DNA of 64,000 nucleotides. Origin: a virus (Duplodnaviria; Caudoviricetes). Below the pieces are notes generated by a model. That model saw only the letters and a list, made by a program, of their open reading frames with translations. It had not been told where the DNA came from and ran no database searches. This document shows, one piece after another, positions 38,709-48,793 of the stretch. Position 1 is the stretch's first letter. Each line of letters starts with the position of its first letter. The DNA is taken from the IMG/VR virus record IMGVR_UViG_3300037249_001000, positions 32,001-96,000 of that record; one strand, written 5' to 3'. The position numbers were made by a program, and so were the translations under genes.

Positions 38709-40817
38709 CTATTTAGCAAATTTATTGATTAAGTTTTTTGATATATAATTTAGAGATTCATCAATAGAAATAATCGGTATACCATATTTTTCAGCTTTTG
38801 ATACTTTTGATGATTTAACACCAATCATTGGAACAACCAATAAATCAGTCTTTTTAGTTACACTATCTGTAACCTCACCACCATTATCAACAATATATTT
38901 TTCAATCGTATCATTCCTTACTTTAGTAAAACAAACTGAAAAACGTCCATGTTTATTAACAAATGGAATTAGAACCAGTTCATCTTCAAGTGTATGGATC
39001 AATGATAAATTTTCTTTAATACCATCAACAATTTTAATCGCTGTCTTTTCCTTAATACCATTTACAGCTATTAAAGTATTAAAAGCTTTTATGTCATTTT
39101 TCTCTTCGCAAAGTTTTATTAACTCATCATAAGAAATTTCCCATAATACTTTTTCAAATGTTTTAGTACTAATGCCCTCGATTCCAATAGAACCTAATAA
39201 TTGTTGTTCTGGAACTTCTCTGTTTTGATTAATAGATTCAATCATTAATTTAACAGATTGCTTTCCGAATCCTTCTAACTTTTCAATCTCTTTTCGATGT
39301 TTCTCCAATTTATAAACATCTTCAATTGATTTAAGAAATCCTTCGTTATATAGTACATCAACGGTTGCATATGAAATTCCATCAATATGCATTTTATTAA
39401 AATAATTAAGAATTCTTCCTTTCTTTCTGCAAGGACATTTCTTATTCGTACAATATAAGATTGCTCCATCATCTTTTAATTCCAATTGCTCTCCGCATTC
39501 AGGACAATTATCAGGAGCTTCAAACGGTACATTATCAGAACGCTTACAATTTTCATCGCTTTCATCCATAACACAATAAGGTATTATGTCATATAACACT
39601 TTTACTTTATCACCTTTTGCAAGATTCAACTCATTAAACCTTGCTATGGAACCTAATGAAATATTTTGTATAGTATTTCCTTTTAACTTAATTGGTTTGA
39701 TTTCAAGTACAGGATTTACGCTACCAAATAATCCCATAGTAAACTTAATATTTTTTACTTTGGAATAACCTATTTCTTCAGTAAATTTAAATGCCACTTC
39801 AAACTTTTGCTTATTATTTTCACGTCCTAAAATTTTTTGTATTTCGGGATTTATAATATAAATAACAGCACCATCACATCTCAAACCATCAATATTTTTA
39901 TGGGCAAATGCAAATTGTTTAATCTTTTCTGTATCAGATAATTTACATCTTAGAAATGGTTGATTAAATGCACCTGCTGTTAATGATTGAAGTGATTCTT
40001 CATTGTCTTCTAATACTGATTCACGTAAAGACATTATTTTTAAATATTTGACTCTATTATCTTTCTCGTCCGAGTTCATTATTGATGAGACGATTGAACG
40101 TGAATTTTTATAATTAGTTTTATATAATTCATTATATATTTCCAAATCATCTTCACTCATCATTATTTCTGTCTTAATAGCATATTCGTTATGCTTTCCA
40201 TAAAAATTACTGTCAGGATTTAATTCTTTTTCAGCCCAACCCTCAAATATATGAGTTACTATCTGAGCTTCGTTAGTTTCTGTAAATCCTCTGGTCAATG
40301 CTCTTTCAAGTTTATCATTTTTAAATTCAAAAATACATGATACGCCGTCCCATTTAGGAAATACATAAACTTCTTCATCCCAGAGATTAATATTCTTTCC
40401 TATAGTTGATTTAATTTTTCTTTCAGAAGTTGCAACCCATTCAGGTAAACCTCGTCTTGATTTATTAACTACACTTTCTCCATCTTCTTCAGTAAGATAA
40501 TATATTTTATCTAAAGTTCCTCTTAATGATGGAAATTTATGATAACCTATTTTACCATCTACGACTGGAGTTGTAATTAATGTATTGGATTCATTCTGAT
40601 CTAATTTTTCATAAAGAACGTCATATACTTCATCAGTTATTCCAGTATCATTACCAGAATAATTATAAACTGATTGTGCCATTGAGATAATTTCTTTTAA
40701 TCTATCAATTTCTTCTTCTGATAGATTATAATTGTCTGAATGCATATTTAAAAATTTTGATATCCATTCTTGTGTTTTCTTTGAGTGTAGTTCATTGATC
40801 ATTTCATTAATATCCAT
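38709..40817 (-). CDS. ligA: NAD-dependent DNA ligase
   Basis: PKWDG adenylation motif, ALTRG, CDGAV, AFKF, IIP, C4 Zn finger, HhH, C-terminal BRCT (SVTKKTD...SSKVSKAEKYGIPII). Confidence 0.93.
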   Translation of the reverse strand: MDINEMINELHSKKTQEWISKFLNMHSDNYNLSEEEIDRLKEIISMAQSVYNYSGNDTGITDEVYDVLYEKLDQNESNTLITTPVVDGKIGYHKFPSLRGTLDKIYYLTEEDGESVVNKSRRGLPEWVATSERKIKSTIGKNINLWDEEVYVFPKWDGVSCIFEFKNDKLERALTRGFTETNEAQIVTHIFEGWAEKELNPDSNFYGKHNEYAIKTEIMMSEDDLEIYNELYKTNYKNSRSIVSSIMNSDEKDNRVKYLKIMSLRESVLEDNEESLQSLTAGAFNQPFLRCKLSDTEKIKQFAFAHKNIDGLRCDGAVIYIINPEIQKILGRENNKQKFEVAFKFTEEIGYSKVKNIKFTMGLFGSVNPVLEIKPIKLKGNTIQNISLGSIARFNELNLAKGDKVKVLYDIIPYCVMDESDENCKRSDNVPFEAPDNCPECGEQLELKDDGAILYCTNKKCPCRKKGRILNYFNKMHIDGISYATVDVLYNEGFLKSIEDVYKLEKHRKEIEKLEGFGKQSVKLMIESINQNREVPEQQLLGSIGIEGISTKTFEKVLWEISYDELIKLCEEKNDIKAFNTLIAVNGIKEKTAIKIVDGIKENLSLIHTLEDELVLIPFVNKHGRFSVCFTKVRNDTIEKYIVDNGGEVTDSVTKKTDLLVVPMIGVKSSKVSKAEKYGIPIISIDESLNYISKNLINKFAK

Positions 40818-41012
40818 TTTTTAATTCCTCCTGAATATTTAATATATTATTTTAGCATAAAAATAATATATAACTTATTTATAGTTTAAAAGAAGCATCA
40901 AGGTATTTTATTAACCTTGATGCTTCGTCCGTAATATAGTAAGTATCACTATTATATTATATTAGTAATTAGAAATAATTACCTTTTTGTTCTTGAAAAA
41001 ATAAAAAATAAT

Positions 41013-41453
41013 TCAAATGATTCCTTCCAGAATCATTATTTCATTTAAGATATCTTTTATTTGATTTACATTATATACGTTTACAATATTATTTTTTAAT
41101 GTAAACTCTGTTATAGATGAACAATGATTGAGTCTCAACAACTCAAACCATAATTCGGTTGTACTATAAATATCATATGATAATCTTTTGGGATTATATT
41201 TATATTTTCTAGTCATTTTATCATCAAATTTTACTTTTACAATAAGATTTGGTATTCCACTGAGTATATGTCTATATTTTGATATAATTGACATATAAGG
41301 AATTGTTATAGTCTTATCATATTTTATACCACCATTATCTCCAGTTATATTTTTATTATATGTAATATCAGCAGTATTATGAAGATTTCTGTAACTAATT
41401 TCTAAACTTTTTAAATCAGAAATTTGTTCACCCATTGATGCAGGTATATCCAT
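41013..41453 (-). CDS. Baseplate wedge protein (T4 gp53-like)
   Basis: YNPKRLSYDIYSTTELWFELLRLN signature. Confidence 0.65.
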   Translation of the reverse strand: MDIPASMGEQISDLKSLEISYRNLHNTADITYNKNITGDNGGIKYDKTITIPYMSIISKYRHILSGIPNLIVKVKFDDKMTRKYKYNPKRLSYDIYSTTELWFELLRLNHCSSITEFTLKNNIVNVYNVNQIKDILNEIMILEGII

Positions 41454-41468
41454 AATAAATCACCTCAC

Positions 41469-42329
41469 TTAAATATAAATATTGTTATTATAACACAATT
41501 TATCTAGTCTACCGTTTATTGCATGACATTCTAATTTATCTCCAATATCAATACAATTTTTATTGTATGGTGGAGTCCATATATAAGAGTATAATGAATT
41601 ATTGAATGTATTTACATTACAAGATAATTCTTCTCCACTTTTTTCGAAAGAAGTATCATTTGCAACTCTATATACATAAACATTTCCGTATGTATCAATT
41701 CTTGAAAATATTTCAGTATGAGATTTACTACCAACAATATCTCCAGTCTGACAATCATACCAACTAGTGAATGGTTTATATGTAAAATTGTATATAGTTT
41801 TCATAATACCTGTAGATTCAGACATTGCTTGACAAATAAAATTATATTCACGTCCTGTATATAATTTTAAACATGCTATTATAAATCCACCACAATCTGT
41901 TCTTAAATTCATAGTTTCATCACCAATTACTATTTGGGTTGTCATTGGATTTAAATATTTTACATTGTTAATTTCTGATATAACATTTTTGACATTTTTT
42001 ACAATATTTATCCATTTAGTTTTATTTTTATCAGTATCATCATCAATAACCCAACTTGTGTTATTTTCAAGTCTAGCTGTTATATAATTTTGTGTTTTGA
42101 TAGTAGTTTGTGTTTTGGGTCTACAACTATTATCATTTAAAAATGTTTGATAACTTCCAGGACTTATTATTCCTGATGATACATCATCACTTTTATTTAT
42201 ATTTAGCATTAATAATGGAATATATATTTTTAGTGATTCTCCCATTACAGGAGCATTTTTTCTACGTTCCTGGGAGAATGCTAACAGATTTTTCTCCATA
42301 TCAAATGGTAATTTCAAATTAGTTATCAT
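41469..42329 (-). CDS. Probable baseplate/tail protein with NlpC/P60-like peptidoglycan hydrolase domain
   Basis: RTDCGGF...GDIV...HTEIF (Cys-His-Glu); AACA-N6-TA at 42364-42353; GAGGAGG SD. Confidence 0.55.
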   Translation of the reverse strand: MITNLKLPFDMEKNLLAFSQERRKNAPVMGESLKIYIPLLMLNINKSDDVSSGIISPGSYQTFLNDNSCRPKTQTTIKTQNYITARLENNTSWVIDDDTDKNKTKWINIVKNVKNVISEINNVKYLNPMTTQIVIGDETMNLRTDCGGFIIACLKLYTGREYNFICQAMSESTGIMKTIYNFTYKPFTSWYDCQTGDIVGSKSHTEIFSRIDTYGNVYVYRVANDTSFEKSGEELSCNVNTFNNSLYSYIWTPPYNKNCIDIGDKLECHAINGRLDKLCYNNNIYI

Positions 42330-42407
42330 ATTAATTGTCCTCCTCACTTGTTTATTTTTTTGTTTTTTAATATACTTTTTATTAAGACTTAAAAAGGAAG
42401 TGTTCTT

Positions 42408-43604
42408 ATGGGTATTGAATTAAATAAAGAACAAATTTATGCAGTATACCAAGGTGAGTCTTGGTTTAGAAGTCAAACAAATCAAGTATTTGAAATTTCT
42501 GGTCCTGCCGGAAGTGGTAAGACTACTTTAATTTTATATTTAATAGAGCAACTTGGTTTAGATTTAGACCAAGTATTATTTGTAGCATATATGGGTAAAG
42601 CTGCTTGTAGAATGGCTTTAAATGGTCTACCTGCTAAAACAATTCACTCTGCTATATATAAATATGAAAAAGTTATAGCAAGAGATGAAGATGGAAAAAT
42701 AATTTATACAGAAAACGGAAAAGTTAAAAAAGTAGGAAAATTTGTTTTAAAAGATAGAATAGGAAAAGGGATAAAATTAATTGTATTAGACGAGGGTTCT
42801 ATGGTAAATGAAGAAATTGCTACTGATTTATTATCATTTGGCATTCCTACAATTGTATTGGGAGATTTAAATCAGTTACCACCTGTTTTTGGTAAACCTT
42901 ATTTTCTTAGAGAACCTGATGTTATATTAAAACAAGTTATGAGACAAAATGAGGGTAATCCAATAATTTATCTATCTCAACAAGTTTTAAATGATAAAAG
43001 ATTAAATATTGGTGTTTATGGTTCTTCTGAAATAATTCCTAAAAGTGAAATAAAAGATTCTCATTTTTCTAAAGCTAGTATTGTTTTAACTGAAACAAAT
43101 AGACTTAGATGGAATATTAATAATTTCTTTAGGGAAGAACTTCGTGGCTATAAACAATTAGATTATCCTCATATAGGTGAAAAAGTTATATGTAGAAAAA
43201 ATAATTGGTCACGTTGTGTTGATAATGGAATTTATTTAACTAATGGAATGTGTGGTTTTGTTGATGATATCTTTAAAGATACATATAATAAAAAAACAAT
43301 GACAATGGATTTTAGACCTGATTTTACTAAATCGGTATTTAGAAATGTTACTTTCAATTATCCTTATATGTATGCTATACCATCGTCGGTATTAGAAGAA
43401 GAATTACAAGAAATACAAAATTATGATATATTTAATGATAGGTTTGAATATGGATATGCTATAACTACACATTTATCTCAAGGAAGCCAATATCAAAAAG
43501 TTTTATATCTAAATGAAAATATGATGAGAACAAAAGAAGATAGAAGACGTTTATCGTATACAGCTATAACTAGGGCAATTAATTCAATTACTATAGTTGT
43601 GTGA
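42408..43604 (+). CDS. SF1 helicase (RecD/Dda-like)
   Basis: GPAGSGKTT, TIHS, LDEGSM, GDLNQLPPV, VMRQ, YAITTHLSQGS, YTAITRA. Confidence 0.9.
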   Translation: MGIELNKEQIYAVYQGESWFRSQTNQVFEISGPAGSGKTTLILYLIEQLGLDLDQVLFVAYMGKAACRMALNGLPAKTIHSAIYKYEKVIARDEDGKIIYTENGKVKKVGKFVLKDRIGKGIKLIVLDEGSMVNEEIATDLLSFGIPTIVLGDLNQLPPVFGKPYFLREPDVILKQVMRQNEGNPIIYLSQQVLNDKRLNIGVYGSSEIIPKSEIKDSHFSKASIVLTETNRLRWNINNFFREELRGYKQLDYPHIGEKVICRKNNWSRCVDNGIYLTNGMCGFVDDIFKDTYNKKTMTMDFRPDFTKSVFRNVTFNYPYMYAIPSSVLEEELQEIQNYDIFNDRFEYGYAITTHLSQGSQYQKVLYLNENMMRTKEDRRRLSYTAITRAINSITIVV

Positions 43605-43665
43605 ATATTTATATACTATTATTTTGTAGTAAAATATAATTTTATACTAAAAGGAGAGAATAAAA

Positions 43666-44265
43666 ATGTTATTGTATTCAATCAATCAAACAACCTTGCA
43701 CATTTCAACAAAAGATGGTGATGTTGAAAGAATACCAAAAGATTTTTTCTATGATAATTTTAGAAATAGTCGTTTGAAAAAATCAATTAATGAAATATGT
43801 ATTAGTGGAAAAATAAGTGGAATTGGAGAATCTGCATTTAGGAATCTTCCAAATTTAAAAATTGTTAGACTTATACCAGACATTATTTGTAACATAGCTA
43901 GCAATGCGTTTTCTGATAATATGCAGCTACTTAATGTTGAAATGAATAATAATATTTTATCACTTGGACCATCATCGTTTGAGCATTGTCCTAGTTTGAT
44001 AAATGTTAAATTTTCAGAAAGTTTAGTTATTATAGGTCATAGAGCATTTGCTGATGATGTATCATTACATTATAAGAATATTAATATTCCTTATACACTT
44101 AACTTTTGTGATGAAAGTGCATTTGACGGATCATCTATCGATATGAGCGTTTATTTAGAAGATATACACCGTAGTGTACGTTGCAGAAATGAATCTATTA
44201 ATACAACAACACCTGCAGGTTTACACTATAAAGAAGTAAGTAAATATAAGAGAGAGGTTAATTAA
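43666..44265 (+). CDS. BspA-type leucine-rich repeat protein
   Basis: IGESAFRNLPNL, IASNAFSD, LGPSSFEHCPSL, IGHRAF repeats. Confidence 0.75.
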   Translation: MLLYSINQTTLHISTKDGDVERIPKDFFYDNFRNSRLKKSINEICISGKISGIGESAFRNLPNLKIVRLIPDIICNIASNAFSDNMQLLNVEMNNNILSLGPSSFEHCPSLINVKFSESLVIIGHRAFADDVSLHYKNINIPYTLNFCDESAFDGSSIDMSVYLEDIHRSVRCRNESINTTTPAGLHYKEVSKYKREVN

Positions 44266-44266
44266 T

Positions 44267-44599
44267 ATGGCTAATAATAGAAACACGTATCAGCAAACAT
44301 ATAATGTTTCAGTTCCTAAAGCTGAATTGTTAGATTTTGTAGTATATAATCAAGAACTAAATAAAAAAGACTATAAAATCTTTTTAATGCTTTTAACTGA
44401 ACTGGATGGATATTCTAAATCATCAAACAGTAAAGAAGACCCGAGGAATTTTACAAAAATTGATACAGAGCAAATATCAACAAAGCTTTGTATCGATGAA
44501 TCCGATGTAAAGAAGTCAATTAAAAAATTGACTAAAGAAGGTATTATTGAAAAAGGTAATACAACGAATATGAAAAATGGGTATAGATTTAGATTTTAA
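44267..44599 (+). CDS. Winged-helix DNA-binding protein
   Basis: EQISTKLCIDESDVKKSIKKLTKEGIIEK. Confidence 0.7.
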   Translation: MANNRNTYQQTYNVSVPKAELLDFVVYNQELNKKDYKIFLMLLTELDGYSKSSNSKEDPRNFTKIDTEQISTKLCIDESDVKKSIKKLTKEGIIEKGNTTNMKNGYRFRF

Positions 44600-44619
44600 T
44601 GTGAAAGGATAAATAAATA

Positions 44620-45039
44620 ATGAAACAATATCATTCATTTAGTAACTTTAGTAAGGGATATTACCTCATGAATATACTTAGTAATATATCAAAACTCTCT
44701 AAACAAAAAACTTTATATGACATAGATGATCAACTCAAGACTAAAATTGAAAAGTTCTTAGTTATAATGAATTTAGATTATTATAATGATTATTACAACA
44801 CTAAAGCCATGATTTCCATAATCATGCGAATACTAAATAAACGATTGTCTGAAGAGCTACCTAATGATATAAAAGACAAATATTTATCTTTAAGAAAACT
44901 AATAGCCCTTCACCAACGTGTTATGTGTAGTCTAGAGTTAGAAAGAATAAATAAATATACTGAACTATATGGTCAAAATTCAATTAGAGAATTATCAAAT
45001 GATATTGAAAACTATCTTGAGTTATTACAAAATATTTAA
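44620..45039 (+). CDS. Hypothetical protein
   Basis: 139-aa ORF, GAAAGGA SD. Confidence 0.65.
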   Translation: MKQYHSFSNFSKGYYLMNILSNISKLSKQKTLYDIDDQLKTKIEKFLVIMNLDYYNDYYNTKAMISIIMRILNKRLSEELPNDIKDKYLSLRKLIALHQRVMCSLELERINKYTELYGQNSIRELSNDIENYLELLQNI

Positions 45040-45060
45040 AAATAAAAGGAGATAATAATT

Positions 45061-45669
45061 ATGGAAAACAAAGATTTAGAAAAAGTAGTGGTTGAAAATA
45101 ATGATCATAAAGATATGTATATTAAAAGAGTAATTGACGAAGATCCCAATCGTATTGATATGGTTGCAGCAGACATATTGTTGTCGATTGAAAACTTAAA
45201 AAGTAGACATATTTCATTCCAAGCATTATCTATTTCCTATCTTCAAGTTGCAAATGAAATTAAAGAATTTTTAGATTGTATTGGTTTAAGATATAACCGC
45301 CTTTTATTAGGATATGCATATAACCAATATGAAGTTAATGATCCTGGGGTAGATATTTCTGAAATAATAGCATTTCTCAGTAAATGCTATAATGATGATA
45401 AGTTTACTACTGATGAACAATACAAGTTTAATGCTAGTGTAAAATATCTTATATACTATCATCAATTAATTCATAACCAATGTAGATCTGATCTTTATAA
45501 ATATTTTAAATCTGAATCTAATGTAATAGATAGATTAATGAAATTAAGAGATAATCTAAATTCATTAATTGAGAACCATGGTGAAGAACTTAAGAACTAT
45601 AGTGAAGAACTTACTCAAATGGTTCTAAGTTCAAAACAGATATTGAAAAATAATACTGAAAACATGTGA
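45061..45669 (+). CDS. Hypothetical helical protein
   Basis: 202-aa ORF; C-terminal ELTQMVLSSKQILKN shared with the next gene. Confidence 0.7.
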   Translation: MENKDLEKVVVENNDHKDMYIKRVIDEDPNRIDMVAADILLSIENLKSRHISFQALSISYLQVANEIKEFLDCIGLRYNRLLLGYAYNQYEVNDPGVDISEIIAFLSKCYNDDKFTTDEQYKFNASVKYLIYYHQLIHNQCRSDLYKYFKSESNVIDRLMKLRDNLNSLIENHGEELKNYSEELTQMVLSSKQILKNNTENM

Positions 45670-45762
45670 ACCTAATATAGAGTTATATGTTTAGTTATAT
45701 ATTATTAAGTTGATATGAATATATTATTCATAAATATTTTTAATTTAAAGGAGATAATAATT

Positions 45763-46101
45763 ATGGCAATTTTCTTTCAACCCTCAGAAGACGATGTAAA
45801 GGTACTTAAGGAGAAGAGTGGAATTTCATTCCCACCATCACTCGAAGACTTTGAGATACTTACGGAAAGGTATAACATGGTTAAGGAGAACATTGATAAC
45901 CTTGATACAATGGACTTTTCAAGTGAGATTAAAGGTAGTTTTCGAATGATTTTCGATTTAATCTCTAAAGATTATAAGGAGATCGAAAGATGTGTTTCCG
46001 AGAATGAAGACTGTATAGTCCTTAAATACAGAGACGTTTATAAACGACTTGGCGAACTGATTCAATTAATGCTTAGTTCAAAACAGTTGTTGAAAAATTA
46101 A
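45763..46101 (+). CDS. Hypothetical early protein
   Basis: AAGGAG SD before ATG 45763; TATATTAT at 45698-45705. Confidence 0.65.
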   Translation: MAIFFQPSEDDVKVLKEKSGISFPPSLEDFEILTERYNMVKENIDNLDTMDFSSEIKGSFRMIFDLISKDYKEIERCVSENEDCIVLKYRDVYKRLGELIQLMLSSKQLLKN

Positions 46102-46204
46102 TTATTAATAACAATCAATAAAGTTCATTTTAAAGTTGTCCATAAAAATAAAGTGAAATTAAATTATAACCATTAGTTATATAAATTTCACTTTATTTTT
46201 TTAC

Positions 46205-46244
46205 CCGTATTTTTAATATATATATTGATATATTATTTTTGTGT
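46205..46244 (+). repeat. 40-bp early promoter block, copy 3
   Basis: Exact reverse complement of 5939-5978 and 6817-6856. Confidence 0.9.
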
Positions 46245-46280
46245 CATAATATAAAAATATATAAAAAGGAGGATAAGATT

Positions 46281-46487
46281 ATGACAGGATTTGAATATGG
46301 AAGGAGATTTGAAGGTTTTGATCCTTCAAATAACCAGGAGAAAATTAAAATTGTGACAGTTGTCATTGATGGTAGGAGGGTTGCTATTCCGGAGGAGCAA
46401 ATCCTTAGAGCATTTGCTCCTAAAAAGAAAAAAGAAGAATCGTGGATTCCAGAGAAAGCTTCTACTGAGGAGTTCTGGAAAAAGTAA
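46281..46487 (+). CDS. Small early hypothetical protein (68 aa)
   Basis: AAGGAGG SD before ATG 46281. Confidence 0.7.
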   Translation: MTGFEYGRRFEGFDPSNNQEKIKIVTVVIDGRRVAIPEEQILRAFAPKKKKEESWIPEKASTEEFWKK

Positions 46488-46492
46488 TAATA

Positions 46493-46538
46493 AAAGAGAG
46501 TTAAGAAAGGAGGTGAAAACCAACTCTCTTTTTTTTTA
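46493..46538 (+). terminator. Terminator with AAAGGAGGTGA (SD) in its loop
   Basis: AAAGAGAGTT/AACTCTCTTT stem plus U tract; near-identical to 49117-49156. Confidence 0.8.
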
Positions 46539-46587
46539 TTTGTCTTAAAACTTTTTAATAAATTCATAATTAGGAGGAAATAATATT

Positions 46588-47394
46588 ATGGGTAAAAATT
46601 TTTTAATTGATGCATTAAGAACAGCTAATCCTAAATCATCTATGTTTACAGGTGATGCTTCTGTTTTATCTTATAAAACAGGATTTCCTATTTTAGATTA
46701 TTATTTAGGTTACTTAGTTAATGTACATGATGAGAACAATCAGATTGTAGAACAATATCCAAGTATTGGTATTGCCGCAGGTTGTTATCTTACATTTATA
46801 GGTAAGCCATCTACAGGTAAAACAACATTTGCTGTTCAAGTTGCGTCTAATATTGTAAGACCATTTGATAATGGTTCTGTGATTCATTATGACCTTGAAA
46901 AAGCAATGAACTATTCAAGAATTCAAATTCTTTCTAAGTTTAATATGAAAGAAATGAATGAGGGAAAATATATACTTAAACAAGAGAAAACATCTATTCA
47001 GGATATTAAATCTGCTATTATGCAAATTTATAAAGAGAAAACAAGAAATCCTGAATTGTATAAGTATAGTACAGGAAAGAAAAATGAATTTGGTGATGAA
47101 ATTTTTTTATATGAACCAACGGTTGTTATCATTGATTCTATTCCTATGCTTAGTTCTGCTATAAATGAGAATGATAAAAAAGAAGCAGCTAAACTTGAAG
47201 AAATTTCATCACAAACCGATAGAATGAGACTAACTGCTGAAATAGGAAGATTTTATTCAGAACTTCAGCAGTATATTAAAGAAGCAAATATAATAGTTAT
47301 TTCCATTAATCAGATTAAAACTAACCCTGACATGGGTATTGTTAAATCACCATCTGAAATCCTTTATTTGAGTACTAACGAATCTCTGCCTGGT
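46588..47394 (+). CDS. recA: RecA/UvsX recombinase, exon 1 (joined to 47788..48213; about 410 aa spliced)
   Basis: GKPSTGKTT, YDLE, IIDSI, INQI; spliced LPG|GKAPQFLAN matches the RecA TPGGxALKFY motif. Confidence 0.9.
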
Positions 47395-47787
47395 AAACAA
47401 ATCTGCCACAAAATAGCGTAAGCTATTGGACAAACTCTCCTAATTACTGGGAACTTCTATTAATAGGACAATCAGTAACGAAGTATCTTACTACGATAAG
47501 ATATGTGTTCAACGACTATCGGAAGCTATACAATCATATAGAAATGTATGATTTGAGAATAGTGTGAGTTGAAATACTTGCATGAAGTGAGTAGAGTAAC
47601 GCCCAAGTTATTGGGGTTGGTAGTTAGATGAGATTAGTCTAACATAAACCCATTAAAGTGAAACGGAGAGCTCCAGTATATTTGGTAACAGAATATATTG
47701 GATGAAGATATAGTCTGAACGTTTATAGAAATATAAAGAAAGTATTTATACTTGTATGAGTCTAACGAACTCGTATTAACATTTTTG
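47395..47787 (+). ncRNA. Group I intron (393 nt, no homing endonuclease) in recA
   Basis: P1 UGGU/GCCA with U.G; R GUUCAACGACUA (47507-); S GAAGAUAUAGUCU (47704-47716); terminal G; splicing restores the frame. Confidence 0.9.
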
Positions 47788-48213
47788 GGAAAGGCTCCGC
47801 AATTCCTTGCAAACTATTTATTTAAATTTGTTGCAGTTGGTGGTGAAAAATTTACAGATGAAGATGATGGTTTTGATGGTTTTGGTTTAAAGATGCTTAT
47901 TGTTAAATCAAGAACAAATCAAGCTGGTCAGACAATTCATTTGCTATATGATAAAGTAAGAGGAGTAGATTCTCTACGTTCCTCTGTTGAATACTCAAAA
48001 GAACAAGGATATTTGAATGGAAATAAAAATGGATATTATTTTGTAGACGATAAAGAAAATAAGTTTACAAAAAAGAATATGCATGAAGATTTTAAGAATA
48101 ATAAAGAACTTTATAAAAAATTATATTCTTTAATTATTCCTGAATTAACAGAGAGATTATCAGCTATTAGTGTAGAAGAAATGGAAATAGTCGATGATGA
48201 AATGGATTATTAA
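47788..48213 (+). CDS. recA: RecA/UvsX recombinase, exon 2
   Basis: GKAPQFLANY...IVKSRTNQAG. Confidence 0.88.
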   Translation, partial: GKAPQFLANYLFKFVAVGGEKFTDEDDGFDGFGLKMLIVKSRTNQAGQTIHLLYDKVRGVDSLRSSVEYSKEQGYLNGNKNGYYFVDDKENKFTKKNMHEDFKNNKELYKKLYSLIIPELTERLSAISVEEMEIVDDEMDY

Positions 48214-48676
48214 GGAGAGAATAAAAGTGCCAGTTATAGATTTAAGAGAAAATAAAGGTAATATGACTATACCTGGAATAGTTCCAAAACCACATGTAGA
48301 AGATGATTCTATAAAATATAAAAATATTAGACAGCTACCATCTAGTAATAACGATCAAGCAAAAATTATAATAAATATAGTTTACAAAAACTTTTCTGAA
48401 TTATTTGAATTATCTCAATATAATAATACAGAAATTCCACAAAAAATATATAAAGAATATCATGAAATTGTTTATTTATTAATAACACATAGAAGAAATG
48501 GTTGGGATTATTATTTTAATACAATTAATGGATATGGAAGAGATAGATTAGATGACTTTAATGAAGAATTACTTAAAGGTATAGATGCATTTAAAAATGA
48601 TGATTTGTTTAATAATATGGTAAATCTTGATAATTTAATTAAGGATAAAATTGTATATAATGGTGTAAAAGACTAA
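48194..48676 (+). CDS. Hypothetical protein (true start uncertain)
   Basis: About 145-160 aa ORF after recA. Confidence 0.6.
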   Translation: MMKWIIKERIKVPVIDLRENKGNMTIPGIVPKPHVEDDSIKYKNIRQLPSSNNDQAKIIINIVYKNFSELFELSQYNNTEIPQKIYKEYHEIVYLLITHRRNGWDYYFNTINGYGRDRLDDFNEELLKGIDAFKNDDLFNNMVNLDNLIKDKIVYNGVKD

Positions 48677-48708
48677 ATGAAATACGGATAATAAATATTA
48701 TTTATTAT

Positions 48709-48750
48709 CCGTATTTTTAATATATATATATTGATATATTATTTTTGTGT
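48709..48750 (+). repeat. Early promoter block, copy 4 (one extra TA)
   Basis: CCGTATTTTTAATATATATATATTGATATATTATTTTTGTGT; its 5' part is the 3' arm of the upstream terminator hairpin. Confidence 0.88.
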
Positions 48751-48793
48751 ATATGAAATTTCATAGAAAAATAAAAACAAGGAGGTAAAAACT

